Shown piece after piece: positions 42,801 through 57,240 of a stretch of DNA of 64,000 nt. The translations under genes and the position numbers were made by a program. Below the pieces are notes generated by a model. That model did not search any database. It worked only from the letters and a program-made list of their open reading frames with translations, and had not been told where the DNA came from. Source of the DNA: Eledone cirrhosa (Eukaryota). The number at the start of each line of letters is the position of its first letter. Position 1 is the first letter of the stretch. The DNA lies in NCBI GenBank assembly GCA_964016885.1, contig OZ024744.1:115940001-116004000 (forward strand), in the 5' to 3' direction.

Positions 42801-45800
42801 TGTCTCTCTCTCTATATATATAATGTCTCTCATATCTTGTCTCTCTCTCTCTATATATATATATAATGTCTCTCATATCTTGTCTCTCTCTCTATATATA
42901 CATAATGTCTCTCATATCTTGTCCCTCTCTCTCTATAAATAATGTTTCTCATATCTTGTCCCTCTCTCTCTATATATATATATAATGTCTCTCATATCTT
43001 GTCTCTCTCTCTATATATATAATGTCTCTCATATCTTGTCTTTCTCTCTATATATATAAAGTCTCTCATATCTTATCTCTCTCACACTATATATATAAAA
43101 TGCCTCTCATATCTTGTCTCTCTCTCTCTATATATATATAATGTCTCTCATATCTTGTCTCTCTGTCTATATATATAATGTCTCTCATATCTTGTCTCTC
43201 TCTCTATATATATATATAATGTCTCTCATATCTTGTCTCTCTCTCTCTATATATACAATGTCTCTCATATCTTGTCTCTCTCTCTATATATATATAATGT
43301 CTCTCATATCTTGTCTCTCTCTATATATAATGTCTCTCATATCTTGTCGCTCTCTCTCTATATATATAATGTCTCTCATATCTTGTCTCTCTCTATATAT
43401 ATAACGTCTCTCATATCTTGTCTCTCTCTCTCTATATATATAATGTCTCTCATATCTTGTCTCTCTCTATATATATAATGTCTCTCATATCTTGTCACTC
43501 TCTCTCTATATATATAATGTCTCTCATATCTTGTCTCTCTCTCTCTATATATATATAATGTCTCTCATATCTTGTCTCTCTCTCTATATATACAATGTCT
43601 CTCATATCTTGTCTCTCTCTCTATATATATATAATGTCTCTCATATCTTGTCTCTCTCTCTATATATATATAATGTCTCTCATATCTTGTCTCTCTCTCT
43701 ATATATATAATGTCTCTCATATCTTATCTCTCTCTCTATATATATATAAAGTCTCTCATATCTTGTCTCTCTCTCTATATATAATGTCTCTCATATCTTG
43801 TCTCTCTCTCTCTATATATATATATAATGTCTCTCATATCTTGTCTCTCTCTCTCTATATATAATGTCTCTCATATCTTGTCTCTCTCTATATATATATA
43901 ATGTCTCTCATATCTTGTCTCTCTCTATATATATAATGTCTCTCATATCTTGTCTCTCTCTCTATATATATATAATGTCTCTCATATCTCGTCTCTCTCT
44001 CTATATATATATATAATGTCTCTCATATCTTGTCTCTCTCTCTCTATATATATATAATGTCTCTCATAGCCTGTCTCTCTCTCTCTATATATATAATGTC
44101 TCTCATAGCCTGTCTCTCTCTCTCTATATATATAATGTCTCTCATATATTGTCTCTCTCTCTATATATATAATGTCTCTCATAACTTGTCTCACTGTCTC
44201 TCTCTATATATAATGTCTCTCATATCTTGTCTCTCTCCTTATATATATAATGTCTCTCATATCTTGTCTCTCTCTCTATATATATAATGTCTCTCATATC
44301 TTGTCTCTCTCTCTATATATATAATGTCTATCATATCTTGTCTCTCTCTCTCTATATATATAATGTCCCTCATATCTTGTCTCTCTCTCTCTATATATAT
44401 AATGTCTCTCATATCTTGTCTCTCTCTCTATATATATAATGTCTCTCGTATCTTGGCTCTCTCTCTATATATATAATGTCTCTCATATCTTGTCTCTCTC
44501 TATATATATAATGTCTCTCATATCTTGTCTCTCTCTCTATATATATAATGTCTCTCATATCTTGTCTCTCTCTCTCTATATATATAATGTCTCTCATATC
44601 TTGTCTCTCTGTCTCTCTCTATATATAATGTCTCTCATATCTTGTCTCTCTCTCTCTATATATATATAAAGTCTCTCATATCTTGTCTCTTTCTCTCTCT
44701 ATATATATAATGTCTCTCATATCTTGTCCCTCTCTCTCTATAAATAATGTTTCTCATATCTTGTCTCTCTCTCTATATATATATAATGTCTCTCATATCT
44801 TGTCTCTCTCTCTATATATATAATGTCTCTCATATCTTGTCTCTCTCTCTCTCCATATATATAATGTCTCTCATATCTTGTCTCTCTCTCTCTATATATA
44901 TAAAATGCATCTCATATCTTGTCTCTCTCTCTATATATATATATAATGTCTCTCATATCTTGTCTCTCTGTCTCTATATATAATGTCTCTCATATCTTGT
45001 CTCTCTCTCTCTCTATATATATAATGTCTCTCATATCTTGTCTCTCTCTCTCTATATATATAATGTCCCTCATATCTTGTCTCTCTCTCTATATATATAT
45101 AATGTCTCTCATATCTTGTCTCTCTCTCTATATATATAATGTCTCTCGTATCTTGGCTCTCTCTCTATATATATAATGTCTCTCATATCTTGTCTCTCTC
45201 TATATATATAATGTCTCTCATATCTTGTCTCTCTCTCTATATATATAATGTCTCTCATATCTTGTCTCTCTCTCTCTATATATATAATGTCTCTCATATC
45301 TTGTCTCTCTGTCTCTCTCTATATATAATGTCTCTCATATCTCGTCTCTCTCTCTCTATATATATATAAAGTCTCTCATATCTTGTCTCTCTCTCTATAT
45401 ATATATATAATGTCTCTCATATCTTGTCCCTCTCTCTCTATAAATAATGTTTCTCATATCTTGTCTCTCTCTCTCTATATATATAATTTCTCTCATATCT
45501 TGTCTCTCTCTCTCTATATATATATAATGTCTCTCATATCTTGTCTCTCTCTCTATATGTATATAATGTCTCTCATATCTTGTCCCTCTCTCTCTATATA
45601 TATAATGTCTCTCAAATCTTGTCTCTCTCCCTCTCTCTCTATATAATGTCTCTCATATCTTGTCTCTCTCTCTCTATATATATATAATGTCTCTCATATC
45701 TTGTCTCTCTCTCTCTATATATATAATGTCTCTCATATCTTGTCTCTCTCTCTATATACATATAATGTCTCTCATATCTTGTCTCTCTCTCTATATATAT

Positions 45801-48800
45801 AATGTCTCTCATATCTTGTCTCTCTCTCTCTATATATATATATAATGTCTCTCATATCTTGTCTCTCTCTCTATATATACATAATGTCTCTCATATCTTG
45901 TCCCTCTCTCTCTATAAATAATGTTTCTCATATCTTGTCCCTCTCTCTCTATATATATATATAATGTCTCTCATATCTTGTCTCTCTCTCTATATATATA
46001 ATGTCTCTCATATCTTGTCTTTCTCTCTATATATATAAAGTCTCTCATATCTTATCTCTCTCACACTATATATATAAAATGCCTCTCATATCTTGTCTCT
46101 CTCTCTATATATATATATAATGTCTCTCATATCTTGTCTCTCTGTCTATATATATAATGTCTCTCATATCTTGTCTCTCTCTCTATATATATATATAATG
46201 TCTCTCATATCTTGTCTCTCTCTCTATATATATACAATGTCTCTCATATCTTGTCTCTCTCTCTATATATATATAATGTCTCTCATATCTTGCCTCTCTC
46301 TATATATAATGTCTCTCATATCTTGTCGCTCTCTCTCTATATATATCATGTCTCTCATATCTTGTCTCTCTCTATATATATATAATGTCTCTCATATCTT
46401 GTCTCTCTCTCTCTATATATATAATGTCTCTCATATCTTGTCTCTCTCTATATATATAATGTCTCTCATATCTTGTCACTCTCTCTCTATATATATAATG
46501 TCTCTCATATCTTGTCTCTCTCTCTCTCTATATATATAATGTCTCTCATATCTTGTCTCTCTCTCTATATATACAATGTCTCTCATATCTTGTCTCTCTC
46601 TCTATATATATATAATGTCTCTCATATCTTGTCTCTCTCTCTATATATATATAATGTCTCTCATATCTTGTCTCTGTCTCTCATATCTTATCTCTCTCTC
46701 TATATATATATAAAGTCTCTCATATCTTGTCTCTCTCTCTATATATAATGTCTCTCATATCTTGTCTCTCTCTCTCTCTATATATATATAATGTCTCTCA
46801 TATCTTGTCTCTCTCTCTCTATATATAATGTCTCTCATATCTTGTCTCTCTCTATATATATATAATGTCTCTCATATCTTGTCTCTCTCTATATATATAA
46901 TGTCTCTCATATCTTATCTCTCTCTCTATATATATATAATGTCTCTCATATCTTGTCTCTCTCTCTATATATATAATGTCTCTCATATCTTGTCTCTCTC
47001 TCTCTCTATATATATAATGTCTCTCATATCTTGTCTCTCTCTCTCTCTATATATAAAATGCATCTCATATCTTGTCTCTCTCTCTATATATATATATAAT
47101 GTCTCTCATATCTTGTCTCTCTGTCTCTATATATAATGTCTCTCATATCTTGTCTCTCTCTCTCTATATATATATAATGTCTCTCATATCTTGTCTCTCT
47201 CTCTCTATATATATAATGTCCCTCATATCTTGTCTCTCTCTCTATATATATATAATGTCTCTCATATCTTGTCTCTCTCTCTCTATATATAATGTCTCTC
47301 GTATCTTGGCTCTCTCTCTATATATATAATGTCTCTCATATCTTGTCTCTCTCTATATATATAATGTCTCTCATATCTTGTCTCTCTCTCTATATATATA
47401 ATGTCTCTCATATCTTGTCTCTCTCTCTCTATATATATAATGTCTCTCATATCTTGTCTCTCTGTCTCTCTCTATATATAATGTCTCTCATATCTCGTCT
47501 CTCTCTCTCTATATATATATAAAGTCTCTCATATCTTGTCTCTCTCTCTATATATATATATAATGTCTCTCATATCTTGTCCCTCTCTCTCTATAAATAA
47601 TGTTTCTCATATCTTGTCTCTCTCTCTCTATATATATAATTTCTCTCATATCTTATCTCTCTCTCTATATATATAATGTCTCTCATATCTTGTCTCTCTC
47701 TCTCTCTATATATATAATGTCTCTCATATCTTGTCTCTCTCTCTATATGTATATAATGTCTCTCATATCTTGTCCCTCTCTCTCTATATATATAATGTCT
47801 CTCAAATCTTGTCTCTCTCCCTCTCTCTCTATATAATGTCTCTCATATCTTGTCTCTCTCTCTCTCTATATATATAATGTCTCTCATATCTTGTCTCTCT
47901 CTCTCTATATATATAATGTCTCTCATATCTTGTCTCTCTCTCTATATACATATAATGTCTCTCATATCTTGTCTCTCTCTCTATACATATAATGTCTCTC
48001 ATATCTTGTCTCTCTCTCTCTCTATATATAAAATGCATCTCATATCTTGTCTCTCTCTCTATATATATATATAATGTCTCTCATATCTTGTCTCTCTGTC
48101 TCTATATATAATGTCTCTCATATCTTGTCTCTCTCTCTCTCTATATATATAATGTCTCTTATATCTTGTCTCTCTCTCTCTATATATATAATGTCCCTCA
48201 TATCTTGTCTCTCTCTCTATATATATATAATGTCTCTCATATCTTGTCTCTCTCTCTATATATATAATGTCTCTCGTATCTTGGCTCTCTCTCTATATAT
48301 ATAATGTCTCTCATATCTTGTCTCTCTCTATATATATAATGTCTCTCATATCTTGTCTCTCTCTCTATATATATAATGTCTCTCATATCTTGTCTCTCTC
48401 TCTCTATATATATAATGTCTCTCATATCTTGTCTCTCTGTCTCTCTCTATATATAATGTCTCTCATATCTCGTCTCTCTCTCTCTATATATATATAAAGT
48501 CTCTCATATCTTGTCTCTCTCTCTATATATATATATAATGTCTCTCATATCTTGTCCCTCTCTCTCTATAAATAATGTTTCTCATATCTTATCTCTCTCT
48601 CTCTATATATATAATTTCTCTCATATCTTATCTCTCTCTCTATATATATAATGTCTCTCATATCTTGTCTCTCTCTCTCTATATATATATAATGTCTCTC
48701 ATATCTTGTCTCTCTCTCTATATGTATATAATGTCTCTCATATCTTGTCCCTCTCTCTCTATATATATAATGTCTCTCAAATCTTGTCTCTCTCCCTCTC

Positions 48801-51800
48801 TCTCTATATAATGTCTCTCATATCTTGTCTCTCTCTCTCTCTATATATATAATGTCTCTCATATCTTGTCTCTCTCTCTCTATATATATAATGTCTCTCA
48901 TATCTTGTCTCTCTCTCTATATACATATAATGTCTCTCATATCTTGTCTCTCTCTCTATATATATAATGTCTCTCATATCTTGTCTCTCTCTCTCTATAT
49001 ATATATATAATGTCTCTCATATCTTGTCTCTCTCTCTATATATACATAATGTCTCTCATATCTTGTCCCTCTCTCTCTATAAATAATGTTTCTCATATCT
49101 TGTCCCTCTCTCTCTATATATATATATAATGTCTCTCATATCTTGTCTCTCTCTCTATATATATAATGTCTCTCATATCTTGTCTTTCTCTCTGTATATA
49201 TAAAGTCTCTCATATCTTATCTCTCTCACACTATATATATAAAATGCCTCTCATATCTTGTCTCTCTCTCTATATATATATATAATGTCTCTCATATCTT
49301 GTCTCTCTGTCTATATATATAATGTCTCTCATATCTTGTCTCTCTCTCTATATATATATATAATGTCTCTCATATCTTGTCTCTCTCTATATATACAATG
49401 TCTCTCATATCTTGTCTCTCTCTCTATATATATATAATGTCTCTCATATCTTGTCTCTCTCTATATATAATGTCTCTCATATCTTGTCGCTCTCTCTCTA
49501 TATATATAATGTCTCTCATATCTTGTCTCTCTCTATATATATATAATGTCTCTCATATCTTGTCTCTCTCTCTCTATATATATAATGTCTCTCATATCTT
49601 GTCTCTCTCTATATATATAATGTCTCTCATATCTTGTCACTCTCTCTCTATATATATAATGTCTCTCATATCTTGTCTCTCTCTCTCTCTATATATATAA
49701 TGTCTCTCATATCTTGTCTCTCTCTCTATATATACAATGTCTCTCATATCTTGTCTCTCTCTCTATATATATATAATGTCTCTCATATCTTGTCTCTCTC
49801 TCTATATATATATAATGTCTCTCATATCTTGTCTCTCTCTCTATATATATAATGTCTCTCATATCTTATCTCTCTCTCTATATATATATAAAGTCTCTCA
49901 TATCTTGTCTCTCTCTCTATATATAATGTCTCTCATATCTTGTCTCTCTCTCTCTCTATATATATATAATGTCTCTCATATCTTGTCTCTCTCTCTCTAT
50001 ATATAATGTCTCTCATATCTTGTCTCTCTCTATATATATATAATGTCTCTCATATCTTGTCTCTCTCTATATATATAATGTCTCTCATATCTTATCTCTC
50101 TCTCTATATATATATAATGTCTCTCATATCTCGTCTCTCTCTCTATATATATAATGTCTCTCATATCTTGTCTCTCTCTCTCTATATATATATAATGTCT
50201 CTCATAGCCTGTCTCTCTCTCTCTATATATATAATGTCTCTCATATCTTGTCTCTCTCTCTATATATATAATGTCTCTCATAACTTGTCTCACTGTCTCT
50301 CTATATATATAATGTCTCTCATATCTTATCTCTCTCTCTATATATATATAATGTCTCTCATATCTCGTCTCTCTCTCTATATATATAATGTCTCTCATAT
50401 CTTGTCTCTCTCTCTCTATATATATATAATGTCTCTCATAGCCTGTCTCTCTCTCTCTATATATATAATGTCTCTCATATCTTGTCTCTCTCTCTATATA
50501 TATAATGTCTCTCATATCTTGTCTCTCTCTCTATATATATAATGTCTCTCATATCTTGTCTCTCTCTCTATATATATAATGTCTCTCATAACTTGTCTCA
50601 CTGTCTCTCTCTATATATAATGTCTCTCATAACTTGTCTCTCTCCTTATATATATAATGTCTCTCATATCTTGTCTCTCTCTCTCTATATATAATGTCTA
50701 TCATATCTTGTCTCTCTCTCTATATATATATAATGTCTCTCATATCTTGTCTCTCTCTCTCTATATATATAATGTCCCTCATATCTTGTCTCTCTCTCTC
50801 TATATATATAATGTCTCTCATATCTTGTCTCTCTCTCTATATATATAATGTCTCTCGTATCTTGGCTCTCTCTCTATATATATAATGTCTCTCATATCTT
50901 GTCTCTCTCTATATATATAATGTCTCTCATATCTTGTCTCTCTCTCTATATATATAATGTCTCTCATATCTTGTCTCTCTCTCTCTATATATATAATGTC
51001 TCTCATATCTTGTCTCTCTGTCTCTCTCTATATATAATGTCTCTCATATCTTGTCTCTCTCTCTCTATATATATATAAAGTCTCTCATATCTTGTCTCTT
51101 TCTCTCTCTATATATATAATGTCTCTCATATCTTGTCCCTCTCTCTCTATAAATAATGTTTCTCATATCTTGTCTCTCTCTCTATATATATATAATGTCT
51201 CTCATATCTTGTCTCTCTCTCTATATATATAATGTCTCTCATATCTTGTCTCTCTCTCTCTCTATATATATAATGTCTCTCATATCTTGTCTCTCTCTCT
51301 CTCTATATATAAAATGCATCTCATATCTTGTCTCTCTCTCTATATATATATATAATGTCTCTCATATCTTGTCTCTCTGTCTCTATATATAATGTCTCTC
51401 ATATCTTGTCTCTCTCTCTATATATATATATAATGTCTCTCATATCTTGTCTCTCTCTCTCTCTATATATATAATGTCTCTCATATCTTGTCTCTCTCTC
51501 TATATATATATTATGTCTCTCATATCTTGTCTCTCTCTATATATATAATGTCTCTCATATCTTGTCTCTCTCTCTCTATATATATAATGTCTCTCATATC
51601 TTGTCTCTCTCTCTATATATACAATGTCTCTCATATCTTGTCTCTCTCTCTATATATATATAATGTCTCTCATATCTTGTCTCTCTCTATATATATAATG
51701 TCTCTCATATCTTGTCGCTCTCTCTCTATATATATAATGTCTCTCATATCTTGTCTCTCTCTATATATATAATGTCTCTCATATCATGTCACTCTCTCTC

Positions 51801-52214
51801 TATATATATAATGTCTCTCATATCTTGTCTCTCTCTCTCTCTATATATATAATGTCTCTCATATCTTCTCTCTCTCTCTATATATACAATGTCTGTCATA
51901 TCTTGTCTCTTTCTATCTATATATATAATGTCTCTCATATCTTGTCTCTCTCTCTATATATATATAATGTCTCTCATATCTTGTGTCTCTCTCTCTCTAT
52001 ATATATATAATGTCTCTCATATCTTGTCTCTCTCTCTCTATATATATAATGTCTCTCATATCTTGTCTCTCTCTCTCTATATATATAATGTCTCTCATAT
52101 CTTGTCTCTCTCTATATATATATAATGTCTCTCATATCTTGTCTCTCTCTCTATATATATAATGTCTCTCATATCTTGTCTCTCTCTCTATATATATACT
52201 GTCTCTCATATCTT

Positions 52215-55200
52215 GTCTCTCTCTCTATATATATATAATGTTTCTCATATCTTGTCTCTCTGTCTCTCTCTATATATAATGTCTCTCATATCTTGTCTCT
52301 CTCTCTCTCTATATATATAAAGTCTCTCATATCTTGTCTCTCTCTATATATACAATGTCTCTCATATCTTGTCCCTCTCTCTCTATATATATATAATGTC
52401 TCTCATATCTTATCTCTCTCTCTCTATATATATAAAATGCCTCTCATATCTTGTCTCTCTCTCTCTCTATATATATAATGTCTCTCATATCTTGTCTCAC
52501 TCTCTCTATATATATAATGTCTCTCATATCTTGTCTCTCTCTTTCTCTATATATATAATGTCTCTCATATCTTGTCTCTCTCTCTATATATATATATAAT
52601 GTCTCTCATATCTTGTCTCTCTCTCTATATATATATTATGTCTCTCATATCTTGTCTCTCTCTATATATATATAATGTCTCTCATATCTTGTCTCTCTCT
52701 CTATATATATAATGTCTCTCATATCTTGTCTCTCTCTATATATATATAATGTCTATCATATATTGTCTCTCTCTCTCTATATATATAATGTCTCTCATAT
52801 CTTGTCTCTCTGTCTCTCTCTATATATAATGTCTCTCATATCTTGTCTCTCTCTCTCTATATATATATAAAGTCTCTCATATCTTGTCTCTCTCTCTATA
52901 TACAATGTCTCTCATATCTTGTCTCTCTCTCTATCTATATATATAATGTCTCTCATATCTTGTCTCTCTCTATATATATATAATGTCTCTCATATCTTGT
53001 CCCTCTCTCTCTATAAATAATGTTTCTCATATCTTGTCCCTCCCTCTCTATATATATATAATGTCTCTCATATCTTGTCTCTCTCTCTCTATATATATAT
53101 ATATAATGTCTCTCATATCTTGTCTCTCTCTCTATATATACAATGTCTCTCATATCTTGTCTCTTTCTCTATATATATATAATGTCTCTCATATCTTGTC
53201 TCTCTCTCTATATATATATAATGTCTCTCATATCTTGTCTCTCTCTCTATATATATAATGTCTCTCATATCTTATCTCTCTCTCTCTATATATATAAAGT
53301 CTCTCATATCTTGTCTCTCTCTCTATATATAATGTCTCTCATATCTTGTGTCTCTCTCTCTCTCTATATATATAATGTCTCTCATATCTTGTCTCTCTCT
53401 CTATATATATAATGTCTCTCATATCTTGTCTCTCTCTCTCTATATATATAATGTCTCTCATATCTTGTCTCTCTCTCTATATATATATAATGTCTCTCAT
53501 ATCTTGTATCTCTCTCTATATATATAATGTCTCTCATATCTTGTCTCTCTCTATATATATATAATGTCTCTCATATCTTGTCTCTCTCTATATATATAAT
53601 GTCTCTCATATCTTGTCTCTCTCTCTATATATATAATGTCTCTTATATCTTGTCTCTCTCTCTCTATATATATAATGTCTCTCATATCTTGTCTCTCTGT
53701 CTCTCTCTATATATAATGTCTCTCATATCTTGTCTCTCTCTCTCTATATATATAAAGTCTCTCATATCTTGTCTCTCTCTCTATATACAATGTCTCTCAT
53801 ATCTTGTCTCTCTCTCTCTATATATATATAATGTCTCTCATATCTTGTCTCTCTCTCTATTTATATATAATGTCTCTCATATCTTGTCTCTCTCTCTATA
53901 TATATAATGTCTCTCACATCTTATCTCTCTCTCTATATATATATATAATGTCTCTCATATCTTGTCTCTGTCTCTCTATATATATATAATGTCTCTCATA
54001 TCTTGTCTCTCTCTCTCTCTATATATATGTAATGTCTCTCATATCTTGTCTCTCTCTCTATATATATAATGTCTCTCATATCTTGTCTCTCTCTCTATAT
54101 GTATATAATGTCTCTCATATCTTGTCTCTCTCTCTCTATATATATAATGTCTCTCATATCTTGTCTCTCTCTCTATATATATATAATGTCTCTCATATCT
54201 TGTCTCTCTCTCTCTCTATATATAATGTCTCTCATATCTTATCTCTCTCTCTATATATATAATGTCTCTCATATCTTGTCTCTCTCTCTCTCTATATATA
54301 TAATGTCTCTCATATCTTGTCTCTCTCTCTATATGTATATAATGTCTCTCATATCTTGTCCCTCTCTCTCTATATATATAATGTCTCTCATATCTTGTCT
54401 CTCTCCCTCTCTCTCTATATAATGTCTCTCATATCTTGTCTCTCTCTCTATATATATATATAATGTCTCTCATATCTTGTCTCTCTCTCTATATATATAA
54501 TGTCTCTCATATCTTGTCTCTCACTCTATATACATATAATGTCTCTCATATCTTGTCTCTCTCTCTATATATATAATGTCTCTCATATCTTGTCTCTCTC
54601 TCTCTATATATATATATAATGTCTCTCATATCTTGTCTCTCTCTCTATATATATATAATGTCTCTCATATCTTGTCCCTCTCTCTCTATAAATAATGTTT
54701 CTCATATCTTGTCCCTCTCTCTCTATATATATATAATGTTTCTCATATCTTGTCTCTCTGTCTCTCTCTATATATAATGTCTCTCATATCTTGTCTCTCT
54801 CTCTCTCTATATATATAAAGTCTCTCATATCTTGTCTCTCTCTATATATACAATGTCTCTCATATCTTGTCCCTCTCTCTCTATATATATATAATGTCTC
54901 TCATATCTTATCTCTCTCTCTCTATATATATAAAATGCCTCTCATATCTTGTCTCTCTCTCTCTCTATATATATAATGTCTCTCATATCTTGTCTCACTC
55001 TCTCTATATATATAATGTCTCTCATATCTTGTCTCTCTCTTTCTCTATATATATAATGTCTCTCATATCTTGTCTCTCTCTCTATATATATATATAATGT
55101 CTCTCATATCTTGTCTCTCTCTCTATATATATATTATGTCTCTCATATCTTGTCTCTCTCTATATATATATAATGTCTCTCATATCTTGTCTCTCTCTCT

Positions 55201-57240
55201 ATATATATAATGTCTCTCATATCTTGTCTCTCTCTATATATATATAATGTCTATCATATATTGTCTCTCTCTCTCTATATATATAATGTCTCTCATATCT
55301 TGTCTCTCTGTCTCTCTCTATATATAATGTCTCTCATATCTTGTCTCTCTCTCTCTATATATATATAAAGTCTCTCATATCTTGTCTCTCTCTCTATATA
55401 CAATGTCTCTCATATCTTGTCTCTCTCTCTATCTATATATATAATGTCTCTCATATCTTGTCTCTCTCTATATATATATAATGTCTCTCATATCTTGTCC
55501 CTCTCTCTCTATAAATAATGTTTCTCATATCTTGTCCCTCCCTCTCTATATATATATAATGTCTCTCATATCTTGTCTCTCTCTCTCTATATATATATAT
55601 ATAATGTCTCTCATATCTTGTCTCTCTCTCTATATATACAATGTCTCTCATATCTTGTCTCTTTCTCTATATATATATAATGTCTCTCATATCTTGTCTC
55701 TCTCTCTATATATATATAATGTCTCTCATATCTTGTCTCTCTCTCTATATATATAATGTCTCTCATATCTTATCTCTCTCTCTCTATATATATAAAGTCT
55801 CTCATATCTTGTCTCTCTCTCTATATATAATGTCTCTCATATCTTGTGTCTCTCTCTCTCTCTATATATATAATGTCTCTCATATCTTGTCTCTCTCTCT
55901 ATATATATAATGTCTCTCATATCTTGTCTCTCTCTCTCTATATATATAATGTCTCTCATATCTTGTCTCTCTCTCTATATATATATAATGTCTCTCATAT
56001 CTTGTATCTCTCTCTATATATATAATGTCTCTCATATCTTGTCTCTCTCTATATATATATAATGTCTCTCATATCTTGTCTCTCTCTATATATATAATGT
56101 CTCTCATATCTTGTCTCTCTCTCTATATATATAATGTCTCTTATATCTTGTCTCTCTCTCTCTATATATATAATGTCTCTCATATCTTGTCTCTCTGTCT
56201 CTCTCTATATATAATGTCTCTCATATCTTGTCTCTCTCTCTCTATATATATAAAGTCTCTCATATCTTGTCTCTCTCTCTATATACAATGTCTCTCATAT
56301 CTTGTCTCTCTCTCTCTATATATATATAATGTCTCTCATATCTTGTCTCTCTCTCTATTTATATATAATGTCTCTCATATCTTGTCTCTCTCTCTATATA
56401 TATAATGTCTCTCACATCTTATCTCTCTCTCTATATATATATATAATGTCTCTCATATCTTGTCTCTGTCTCTCTATATATATATAATGTCTCTCATATC
56501 TTGTCTCTCTCTCTCTCTATATATATGTAATGTCTCTCATATCTTGTCTCTCTCTCTATATATATAATGTCTCTCATATCTTGTCTCTCTCTCTATATGT
56601 ATATAATGTCTCTCATATCTTGTCTCTCTCTCTCTATATATATAATGTCTCTCATATCTTGTCTCTCTCTCTATATATATATAATGTCTCTCATATCTTG
56701 TCTCTCTCTCTCTCTATATATAATGTCTCTCATATCTTATCTCTCTCTCTATATATATAATGTCTCTCATATCTTGTCTCTCTCTCTCTCTATATATATA
56801 ATGTCTCTCATATCTTGTCTCTCTCTCTATATGTATATAATGTCTCTCATATCTTGTCCCTCTCTCTCTATATATATAATGTCTCTCATATCTTGTCTCT
56901 CTCCCTCTCTCTCTATATAATGTCTCTCATATCTTGTCTCTCTCTCTATATATATATATAATGTCTCTCATATCTTGTCTCTCTCTCTATATATATAATG
57001 TCTCTCATATCTTGTCTCTCACTCTATATACATATAATGTCTCTCATATCTTGTCTCTCTCTCTATATATATAATGTCTCTCATATCTTGTCTCTCTCTC
57101 TCTATATATATATATAATGTCTCTCATATCTTGTCTCTCTCTCTATATATATATAATGTCTCTCATATCTTGTCCCTCTCTCTCTATAAATAATGTTTCT
57201 CATATCTTGTCCCTCTCTCTCTATATATATATAATGTCTC
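52215..57240. repeat. Near-identical tandem duplication, period 2498 bp
   Basis: Offsets 52293/54791, 52983/55481, 53527/56025 and 54069/56567; shared variant gtccctccctc. Confidence 0.87.
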
